Below are positions 54,280 through 64,000 of a stretch of 64,000 bases of DNA, piece after piece (positions within the stretch are counted from its first letter, which is position 1; each line of letters opens with the position of its first letter). Location: positions 93,992,001 to 94,056,000 of the forward strand of contig OZ024742.1 in assembly GCA_964016885.1 (NCBI GenBank). Reading direction: 5' to 3'. Origin of the DNA: Eledone cirrhosa (lineage: Eukaryota). Made by a program: the position numbers and the translations under genes. Under the pieces are notes generated by a model that searched no databases, was not told the DNA's origin, and was given only the letters and a program-made list of their open reading frames with translations.

Positions 54280-55497
54280 TGGCTGAACTAGAAAGGAAGT
54301 TCCAAACATGGAAGCTTGGCTTTGAATCAAAAGGCCTTAGAGTCAACTTGTCTAAGACTAAGGTTCTAGTATATAGAAAGGAGAATAGGGCACAGGTACC
54401 CTCTGGGAAATGGCCATGCTCAGTGTGTAAGAGAGGAGTAAGCAGAAACTCCATTCTATGTCCCAAATGCAAACTATGGGTACATAAAAGATGTAGTGGG
54501 ATCAGAGGTAAGCTATCTAAGAATGTAGATTTTATATGTGGCCGATGCTCAGGTGAACTAAGTAGCAAGGACCCACTGGATGATATCTCCTTCAACTGCC
54601 CAGAGGGTTCTATAGAAATAGTAGACACCTTACGTTACTTGGGTGACAAAATAAACAGTGGAGGTGGGTGCTCTGAAAGTGTAGTAGCCAGAGATAGAAC
54701 GGGATGGAAAAAGGTCAGTGAGCTAATACCGCTGTTGGCCACAAGGGGTTTTTCTCTAAAAATGAAAGGCAGATTGTATGATGCATGTATACGGACGGCG
54801 ATATTACATGGTAGTGAGATTTGGGCATTGTGTGTTGAAGATCTGCGTAGATTAGAAAGAAATGAAGCTTGCATGCTCCGATGTATGTGCGTGAAAGGCG
54901 AAGCATAAATGAAAAAGGAAACTAAACATAAGAGGTATCAACTGTTGTGTTCTGGAGAGGAGATTGTGGTAGTATGGACATGTGATGCGTATGAAGGACA
55001 ACAGCTGCATAAAAAAGTACAGGGCAATGAAAATTGATGGAAGCTGCGGAGTGGGTAAACCAAGAAAAACCTGGGTTGAGGTGTTAAAAACTGACCTTGC
55101 CCACCTACACCTCTCTAAGACAATGACACTGGATTGAGACCTTTGGCATCATTCAGTTGTACAGAAGACCTGACTGCCATTGTATACAAACCTACAGTCA
55201 GTAGGCACCTCTTAACTCAATGTACACCCCACCGCTACACACTACACCCCCCTCTACTCTTCCTTTCACTGTGTCGATGACACAACAGTCCACACTGTAG
55301 GAGACACCGGGAAAAGGCTCCAAGTCCACACTGTAAATGTGGTTGGTGTTAGGAAGAGCATCCAGCTGTAAAAACAACCTGCCAGATACACTCCGGTGCG
55401 AGCGAGACATGGTCTCCCGATCATTCCCGCATCAAATGGAACAAAACCATCTAACCCCCGCTAGCATGGAAGATGGACGTTAAACGATGATGATGAT
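54280..55497 (+). mobile_element. 5'-truncated RTE-like LINE (RT C-terminal half with PHD-like finger, 3' UTR, (GAT)n tail)
   Basis: GLRVNLSKTKV, C4HC3 motif, IEIVDTLRYLG, KGRLYDACIRTAILHGSEIW; ends ggacgttaaacgatgatgat. Confidence 0.88.
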
Positions 55498-55795
55498 AAT
55501 TGATATGACAGTAAGGTCATCCAGCTGCAAAAGACTTGCCAAATGAAAGATTGAGAGTATTCTTTAATTATATCAAAATCATACCAATATCCCTTGTGGT
55601 GGTGCCATGATAAAATGCTCCCTGTAGAGCACAGGAACATAACTGAGATCTAGACTACTAGCCCAAATGAGGAGTCTGTAGAGTTTAGGAGTGAATGTAC
55701 ATGAGATGCAGGCTCCATGCTCTGATTAGTTCTTAATCAGTAATAACCCGTCTATCCCTTTCCAGGAAAGAGAATGGATTCTAAATGATGTTAAT

Positions 55796-55870
55796 AATTG
55801 TTTCTACTTTTGGCACAAGGCCAGCAATTACCCAGTACATTACTGGTACTTTATTTTATCGACCCCGTAA
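55796..55870 (-). mobile_element. OK-like SINE 3' fragment
   Basis: aattgtttctacttttggcacaaggccagc...ttttatcgaccccgtaa. Confidence 0.7.
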
Positions 55871-57024
55871 AGATCATGCAAACATAATATTGTTCAAGGA
55901 TTGTGGAATTAATCAGTCTTAGGCCATGGATTTGCACATGTAAAGTCGTGCTTTAGTCTTGTTAGTAGAGCAACGTATGTTGGGGCTGTAAAATCCCAGA
56001 CAACATGATGACTGTAACTACTGCAATAGTATTTGAAGACACCATCTGCCAGAATTTTCACTGTGCTGTGTTTTATCATATAGATGTATCAATAGACTTG
56101 TGAAATACAAATACATAAATCAATAAGTTAAAAACGAACGCTCATACAGCAACAACATTGACATAACATCAAGTGTTAATAATGCACCAAAAATCAACTG
56201 AAATAGAAAAAGTGATTTGCCACCATTCATATTCTAAGGAGCAATATATGATGATATGAAGGTGAAAAATGAGACATTACCAAAAAGAGTCTTCCCATGA
56301 AAGACTAGCAGTTGTAACAACATATATTATCATACACACACTCACATACATACACACGTTCAAATGTTGAACTTTGAAAAGACAGAGTGAGAGAGTGGGG
56401 TAAAATACTTATATGGAATGGACTAAATTGCTTTATTTGAACTGAATTTCCTTCACAATACGAAGTTTATGTGGTTATGATCATTCAGGAAAAATGTCTT
56501 CTTTCATAATTCATGCTGGTATTATATAAATTCCTTGACTAGTTTATATTATCATTGATCAGCTTCGCTGTTGTTGCATTTGTATATCAATTGTTAGACC
56601 CTGCTTTCCTGAAGTTGCATTTCTGAAAAATGTTAACTGTATATTGTTTCCTATGGGCAAATTCTGTTGTCATTCTTTCTAATGTTGTTCATTGTCCACT
56701 GGCACACTTGTGCTAGATATTTTCTTTCAGTTTATCATTTATTCAGTCATTGTTTTAGTAACTGTACTGTATCAACTCGTTGATTATGTGATCAATTTCC
56801 TGTTTTGCATTTGACATTATGTCTATTTCATATTTTTTTGATTTTATAAGTTTACTATGAAAAAAGATGGTGTGTGAATTTATATTTTATACATGGTGTC
56901 TCTAAATTGTCATTTTTTTTATTGTTTTTTTATTTTTAATTGTACCAATTGTGTTAGCATCATTATGCTACTGCTATTTCTTCTGTTGTCACACACACAC
57001 ACACGCACACACACACACACACAC

Positions 57025-57113
<89 letters not shown>

Positions 57114-57306
57114 CATACATATATAATAATAATACTATTTATAGTTATGTATATAGCATAAACAATTATAAACAGGAGGGTCAGTAATTTCTTATTACCT
57201 TACTACCAGTAAGAGAAATAGCTCAATGTATGAACATTAGTTGTTTTACAGAGCAGGAAAATAAATAAATAAATTATACAATTATCAAAGTTGTGTTCAA
57301 ATCATT

Positions 57307-57360
57307 TAATAGCTGACAATCGTTTCTTCCAAACTCTCGTTTGGATTCATCGGAGCATTA
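57307..57360 (-). ncRNA. Hammerhead-like motif with CCGATGA core
   Basis: Minus strand: taatgct-CCGATGA-atccaaac gaga gtttggaa-GAAA-cgattg-TC-agctatta. Confidence 0.6.
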
Positions 57361-57879
57361 TCAATATTTGCACATATAATTAACCTCCTATTCAACTGAA
57401 CAATAATATAGATACATATAAATTGATGTTGTGAGCAACAGTTTCGTATTTACAGGGTGGAATGGATGTGACATATATTTTACGATAATTGTACAATAAT
57501 TGTACAATAATTGTACAAACATTCAAGTTCAAATTAAAATTAAAATTAAAATCAAATTAAAATCAAAAGCACGGAGTGGAATACATGCAACAGATAAAAC
57601 AAGAGAATAGTCCAATTATTAAAGAGGCATTGAGAAAGTAGATTTGATAAAGGAAGAGTGCATTAACAATTCATATGCAGGCGTGTGGATAGTGCAACTG
57701 CGTAAGTCATATACATGAGAAGGAAACAGGAAAAGCTATTATGCATATATAGATGAATAAATAAATACTGCACTTTAAGCAAATATGTTAATATATTAGA
57801 ATCTATGGTGGATGTTGAATGTTGATAGTGTTCGAATTAATGTGTGTTAACCTGCTGATGGCGGCAGACGAAGTCTGTG

Positions 57880-60010
57880 GCTGGAGCAGGCCTGTAGGCA
57901 GGAGGAGAGTAACATGGTGGTGGAACAGTAAGGTGGAGGAGTCAATTAAGGCCAAAAAGCAGGCTTGGAAAGTATGGCGGGATGGGGGTAAGTAGAGAAG
58001 ACTATCAAGTGGCCAGGAGGGAAGCTAGGAGACAAGTGTACTTCGCAAGTAGGGAAGCAGAGGAAAGAAAGTTCAAGCATGTTCTACAACGCGAGGACCA
58101 AAAACGTGAGGTGTTCAGGATTGCTAGGCAATGTGTCAAGGAAAAAGTGTGTCATTAATGATGATGGTGTACTTGCCATCACTGACGCTGATAAGAAGGT
58201 AGCTTGGAAGTGTCACTACGAATGGCTACTAAATGAGGAGAATAAATGGGAGAAAGACAGTCTCCCCCACATCGATCCAACAGAGGGACCAGCAGTGTTA
58301 GTCAAAGGTAGTATAATAAGTAAGGCAATCAAAGATATGTAGACGGGTAAAGCGGCTGGGCCTTCGGAAATAGTTGCTGAAATGCTGAAAGCTTCTGGAA
58401 CGGTGGGACACACTATGGTCACCCGGATAGTAAACCAAGTCATACAGAATGGGGTTGTACCAAAGGACTGGCGTAGCAGCATCATCATTAACTGTTATAA
58501 GGGTAAAGGAGATGCCCTAGATAGGGGTAACTATAGAGGCATTAAATTAATCGATCAGGTCATGAAGGTCAAAGAAAAAGTAATAGCACAACTTATCAGA
58601 GAGCGAATTGATCTAGATGAAATGCAGTTCGGGTTTGTGTCAGGTAAAAGTACCACAGACGCTCTTTTCATTGTACGACAACTACAGGAGAAGTACCTAG
58701 CTAAAAGTAAACCCCTATACTTAGCTTTTGTTGACTTGGAGAAAGCCTTTGACAGAGTCCCCCATTCCATGATCTGGTGGGCTCTTAGAAAACTAGGTGT
58801 TGATGAATGGCTTGTGAGAGCTATACAAGCCATGTATAAAGAAACAGTCAGCAAGGTTAGAATTAACAACGAATTTAGTGAATAGTTTAACGTAAAAGTA
58901 GGCAGAAACTCCATTTTATGTCCCAAATGCAAAGTGTGGGTGCATAAAAGATGTAGTGCGATCACAGGTAAGCTAACTAAGAATATAGATTTTATATGTG
59001 GCCGGTGCTCTGGTGCAATAAGTAGCAGCAAGTGCCCAAAAAATACTAGCTCATTCCATTGCACAGATAGTTCTATAGAAATAGTGGACACCTTCCGTTA
59101 CTTGGGTGACAAAATCAGCAGTGGTGGAGGGTGCTCTGACAGTAGAGTAGCTAGAGTCAGAACTGGATGGAAAAAGTTCAGAGAGCTTATACCACTATTA
59201 GCCGCTAAAGGGTTCTCTCTAAAAATGAAAGGCAGGCTGTATGATGCCTGCATACGAACAACAATGTTACATGGCAGTGAGACCTGGGCATTGTGTGCAG
59301 AGTATATACGCAGACTGGAGAGGAACGAAGCTTGCATGCTCTGCTGGATGTGTAATAGTAATATACGTGAACGGCAAAGCATAGACGAACTAAGGGAAAA
59401 ATTAGAAATAAGAGGGATCAGATGTTGTTTACTCGAGAGAAGACTACGTTGGTACGGTCACGTGATGCGGATGAAAGACGACAGCTGTATAAATAAGTGC
59501 AGGGCAATAAAAATAGACAGTAGACACGGAGTAGGCAGACCCAGAAAAACCTGGGACGAGCTGATAAATTCCGACCTCACACAGTTACACCTCTCCAAGA
59601 CAATGTCACTGGACCGAGTTCTTTGGCGCTACACAGTAATACTGAAGACCCGCCTTACCTAAGTACAAAGTGAAACCTACTACAGTTGGTAGGCACCTCT
59701 AACAAAAATACACCCCGTCCCACTACCCCCACCCCATCCACACCACCCCTTTCAATGTAAAGCTATGTTGGTACCACAACATCCAGGCCGAAACACGCTG
59801 TAATGTGGCCGTGTAGGTAACACGGTAAAAACCTTCCAGTCCACACTGTAAACGTGGTTGGTGTTAGGAAGGGCATCCAGCCGTAGAAAACCCGCCAGAC
59901 AGTCGTATGCGAGCAAGAGAACCACTCTTGCCTCAAGTGGAAAAACTCCCGTCCAAACCCATGCAAGCGTGGAAAATGGACGTTAAACGATGATGATGAT
60001 GATGATGATG
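57880..60010 (+). mobile_element. RTE-like LINE fragment with an internal deletion of the RT core, 3' UTR and (GAT)n tail
   Basis: GKAAGPS, YKGKGDALDRGNYRGIKL, QFGF, FVDLEKAFDRV, a jump at ~58900 into the PHD-like finger, FRYLG, RRLRWYGHVMR, GRPRKTW. Confidence 0.9.
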
Positions 60011-60057
60011 ATATATATATACACACATACATATATATTTTAGACATTATTATCCAC

Positions 60058-60236
60058 TGGCAGTATCAGTAGAGGGTCGGACGCCATGCTTTGACACATG
60101 GTGTTACGGCCCTTGCCATTCTGAGTACAATTCCCACCGAGGTTAACTTTGCCTTTCATCCCTACGGGGTCGATAAAATAAAGTACCAGTAATGCACTGG
60201 GTATTGCTAGCTTTGTGCCAATAGTAGAAACAATTA
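60058..60236 (+). mobile_element. OK-like SINE
   Basis: SINE consensus; attattatcc flanks both ends. Confidence 0.85.
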
Positions 60237-60941
60237 TTATCCGCAATATATATATATTCTATAGATTTGCTCCACTTACATCATAAATACTTACTTTGTA
60301 ATATATTATGCTATTGTTAATAGAATAAAGCTTTGTCACAGGATTCTTTCTAAATCATATTCATCATTGTTTATATTTCTGCTTTTTCTTTTCTTTTAGA
60401 TGTTGGTTTTATTGCAATATTTTTACATTGTGCCTTTATGAAAATGTAATTGTTATTCAAGGTATTTAGCTGTTATGAATCTTTTATTCTCAATCCACTG
60501 ATGAGTACAGGAGATGAAAAAGGCAACTGAATGAAATCTTAGTTTAGATATGTAAGCTTGATTACATTATAAATGAAAAGCATCAATGCTCATACACTCA
60601 CACTCATATATATCTCACAGCTTTGTACTTACAAGCACACACACACACACACACTCTTTTACTTACATATACACACACAGACACACATATCCTCTTAGCT
60701 TTGTATGGATGTATAACACACACACACACACAACCGCGCACATGTATAGCTTTATATGCAAAATGTTTTTTTCTATTTGAGGTAGACACGCTCCATCATC
60801 TACTTTTCTAAAAAGGTATATCATACACAAAACTCTATCATCGACAGTTTTCCAAGAGATGGCAACATTAATGAAGCTGTTATTTTTCTCTAAAAAACAT
60901 GTTTTCCTATACTGTCCGTCCCTTCAATCTTTCTAATTCTT

Positions 60942-60977
60942 TCTTCTGATGAAGGCCTAGCATCTGAAACGTTAAGA
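60942..60977 (+). ncRNA. Minimal type I hammerhead ribozyme
   Basis: tctt-CTGATGA-aggcctagcatct-GAAA-cg-TT-aaga. Confidence 0.65.
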
Positions 60978-61105
60978 CCCCCTTCCTGCTATTTCAAACA
61001 TTAACCAAATATATTCCTTCCATATACTGTACTGATTTAGTTGTTATTTCTGTTTACCATTTACATATACATATATATATACAATATGTTGAAAAGGTAA
61101 CACAC

Positions 61106-61184
<79 letters not shown>

Positions 61185-61297
61185 AACAGGGAAAACCACC
61201 GGTGTATGGAATCTATAACCTATTGAAGGCAGGGTAGATACACAATAATTAAAATTATAATTAAAATGTATATACGCACCTCTATAACTATATAACA

Positions 61298-61379
61298 CAC
61301 GCGTACAAATCGAAAGAGATATGTTTCACCAGGAAGTTGTTGACTGAAATAGAATAGCCTATGGGTTCATCAGCGCGTG
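61298..61379 (-). ncRNA. Type I hammerhead ribozyme with a long stem III
   Basis: Minus strand: cacgcg-CTGATGA-acc...ggt-GAAA-catatc tctttc gatttg-TA-cgcgtg. Confidence 0.8.
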
Positions 61380-61580
61380 AAGGACTATACATTCCAGACA
61401 ACTCTAAGAGAATATAAAGTGACCGCCCAGCTACACGCGACAGAGAGATGTGACAGCATGCATAGGGCAGTGATCCAGTGGTATCTGAGGGACGAGCTGC
61501 TAGAAAGGGCAGCCCCAAAACCACTCAAAGAAGTGTGCTCAACCAAACAGAGAAAGAGGAAAAAATGTTATAAGGCACAA

Positions 61581-61882
61581 GGCTTAGTGGTTAGAGCATT
61601 GGCCTTGCAATCGAAAGGTTGTGAGTTCAATTCTCAGACCGGGTGATGTGTTGTTTCCTTGAACAAGACATTTTATTTCACATTGCTCCAGTTTACTCAG
61701 CTGTAGAAATGAGATGATAGGGGTCCCAATCATTCCACTGCAAAGTGGTCGTGGAGGTGCCATGGCAAAGAAGCACCCAGCACTCACTGTAAATGAGGTT
61801 GGTGTTAGGAAGTGCATCCAGCTGTAGAAATCAGTTCCCGTCCCACCCTTGCAAGCAGGGAAAAGCGGACGTAAAATGATGA
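61581..61882 (+). mobile_element. CORE-type SINE with RTE-like 3' tail
   Basis: tRNA head (ggcttagtggttagagc / gagttcaattc), CORE-like block, tail gttggtgttaggaagtgcatccagctgtagaaa...ggacgtaaaatgatgat. Confidence 0.85.
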
Positions 61883-61939
61883 TATATATATATAAATAAA
61901 ATGGGGAGCTGTGTCGTTGCAATTAAGTATAATGAAAAA

Positions 61940-62054
61940 TAAAAGTTACGGGCGAAAGAGAGGAACATCCATTGTCTTTTGTCTCTAACGCGAAGGAATA
62001 CCTATGATTCCTAGCAGACAACTGACGATGGATATTCTTTTCTTTCGCCCGTAA

Positions 62055-62060
<6 letters not shown>
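61940..62060. repeat. ~120 bp hairpin (short inverted repeat)
   Basis: taaaagttacgggcgaaaga ... tctttcgcccgtaactttta. Confidence 0.8.
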
Positions 62061-62113
<53 letters not shown>

Positions 62114-62231
62114 TATAAGTTGAAAAAAAATGAAAACGAAATTTCATTTCTCACTCTTAGTATGGCACTTACTTAAATGTAAGTATGTATGTATATGTAC
62201 ATACATATATGTATACAGACGTACAGTAGCA

Positions 62232-62293
<62 letters not shown>

Positions 62294-62442
62294 CAGGTAC
62301 ACATACATATATGCACGCATCAGTTTAGCGGACGCTTATTATAACGCCGCTTTGTTCGTTTGTCAACAAACTGAAGAGCCTGAATTTATGCCATACGGTG
62401 TTAAGGCAACCACGTCACCTTTTTGTTCAACACTTACACGGG

Positions 62443-62487
62443 AACGATGTACTAGTTTCAAGCTTGTTAACTATCATCAGCACCGTT
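62443..62487 (-). ncRNA. Minimal type I hammerhead (unit 1)
   Basis: Minus strand: aacggtg-CTGATGA-tagtt aaca agctt-GAAA-ctag-TA-catcgtt. Confidence 0.85.
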
Positions 62488-62721
62488 TACCCATCTGCCA
62501 GATAGTTGAACGTTCGAAAGTATATACTTTCCTTATGAAAATTAACGGCTGAGAAGCCTAATTTGCATATTGAGTGAGTTAAATCGGTCAGGTATACCGA
62601 AAACGATAAGTTGAAAAAAATGAAAACGAAATTTCATTTCTCACTCTTAGTATGGCACTTACTTAAATGTAAGTATGTATGTATACGTACATACATATAT
62701 GTATACAGACGTACAGTAGCA

Positions 62722-62759
<38 letters not shown>

Positions 62760-62912
62760 CATACAGGTACACATACATATATGCACGCATCAGTTTAGCG
62801 GACGCTTATTATAACACCGCTTTGTTCGTTTGTCAACAAACTGAACAGCCTGAATTTATGCCATACGGTGTTAAGGCAACCACGTCACCTTTTTGTTCAA
62901 CACTGACACAGG

Positions 62913-62957
62913 AACGATGTACTAGTTTCAAGCTTGTTAGCTATCATCAGCACCGTT
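62913..62957 (-). ncRNA. Minimal type I hammerhead (unit 2)
   Basis: Minus strand: aacggtg-CTGATGA-tagct aaca agctt-GAAA-ctag-TA-catcgtt. Confidence 0.88.
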
Positions 62958-63193
62958 TACCCATCTGCCAGATAGTTGAACGTTCGAAAGTATATACTTT
63001 CCTTATGAAAATTAACGGCTGAGCAGCCTAATTTGCATATTGAGTGAGTTAAATCGGTGAGGCATACCGAAAACGATAAGTTGAAAAAAAAACGAAAACA
63101 AAATTTCATTTCTCACTCTTAGTATGGCACTTACCTAAATGTAAGTATGTATGTATACGTACATACATATATGTATACAGACGTACAGTAGCA

Positions 63194-63235
<42 letters not shown>

Positions 63236-63384
63236 CAGATACACATACATATATGCACGCATCAGTTTAGCGGACGCTTATTATAACGCCGCTTTGTTCG
63301 TTTGTCAACAAACTGAACAGCCTGAATTTATGCCATACGGTGTTAAGGCAACCACGTCACCTTTTTGTTCAACACTGACACAGG

Positions 63385-63429
63385 AACGATCTACTAGTTT
63401 CAAGCTTGTTAGCTATCATCAGCACCGTT
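63385..63429 (-). ncRNA. Minimal type I hammerhead (unit 3)
   Basis: Same motif with a C-to-G change at the first stem I pair. Confidence 0.7.
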
Positions 63430-63829
63430 TACCCATCTGCCAGATAGTTGAACGTTCGAAAGTATATACTTTCCTTATGAAAATTAACGGCTGAGCAGCC
63501 TAATTTGCATATTGAGTGAGTTAAATCGGTCAGGCATACCGAAAACGATAAGTTGAAAAAAATGAAAACGAAATTTCATTTCTCACTCTTAGTATGGCAC
63601 TGTACGTCTGTATACATATATGTATGTACGTATACATACATACTTACATTTAAGTAAGTGCCATACTAAGAGTGAGAAACGAAACTTCGTTTTCATTTTT
63701 TTTCAACTTATCGTTTTCGGTATGCCTGACCGATTTAACTCACTCAATATGCAAATTAGGCTGCTCAGCCGTTAATTTTCATGAGGAAATTATATACTTT
63801 CGAACGTTCAACTATCTGGTAGATGGGTA

Positions 63830-63874
63830 AACGGTGCTGATGATAGCTAACAAGCTTGAAACGAGTACATCGTT
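63830..63874 (+). ncRNA. Minimal type I hammerhead (inverted unit)
   Basis: aacggtg-CTGATGA-tagctaacaagctt-GAAA-cgag-TA-catcgtt. Confidence 0.8.
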
Positions 63875-64000
63875 CCTGTGTCAGTGTTGAACAAAAAGAT
63901 GACGTGGTTGCCTTAACACCGTATGGCATAAATTCAGGCTGTTCAGTTTGTTGACAAACGAACAAAGCGGCGTTATAATAAGCGTCCGCTAAACTGATGC

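Larger units (their letters stand above)
62115..64000. repeat. Tandem array of a ~470 bp non-coding unit (3+ direct copies, then an inverted copy running off the window); one hammerhead per unit
   Basis: ataagttgaaaaaaa..aaatttcatttctcactcttagtatggcact at ~62115, 62606, 63076 and 63548; inversion at ~63600. Confidence 0.95.

Noticed and set aside
61581-61660. Functional tRNA gene
   Set aside because: It is the tRNA-derived head of a SINE running into CORE and LINE-tail sequence; no complete cloverleaf.
62130-63965. Repeated 66-aa ORF in the 470-bp unit
   Set aside because: Non-ATG start, no domain similarity recognised, antisense to the ribozyme; its recurrence only reflects the repeat.

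Overview
AT-rich, microsatellite-dense eukaryotic non-coding DNA. It is most likely octopus/cephalopod, inferred only from the resemblance of its SINEs to Octopus OK-like and OR-like families. No host gene could be supported; almost all short ORFs in the track are microsatellite artefacts. The window is a mosaic of mobile DNA: three decayed Penelope-like (PLE, probably Naiad-clade; RT + C-terminal GIY-YIG) copies with inverted pseudo-LTRs, an internally deleted Helitron with a PIF1 helicase fragment, three non-autonomous Helitrons (two as a head-to-tail dimer), two RTE-like LINE fragments with a PHD-like finger inside the RT, a mariner relic, MITEs and many tRNA-SINEs. The main hidden signal, found by hand-folding, is a very high density of type I hammerhead ribozyme (HHR) motifs: about 25 motifs from about 15 mostly unrelated sequence families. 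They sit in non-coding 470-670 bp tandem arrays that end in an inverted copy, in palindromes, in short inserts between (TA)n tracts and in PLE pLTRs, and several have non-canonical cores. This looks like a diverse population of non-autonomous, ribozyme-carrying (retrozyme/pLTR-like) elements associated with PLEs and (TA)n. Folds were done by eye and coordinates may be off by a few bases.
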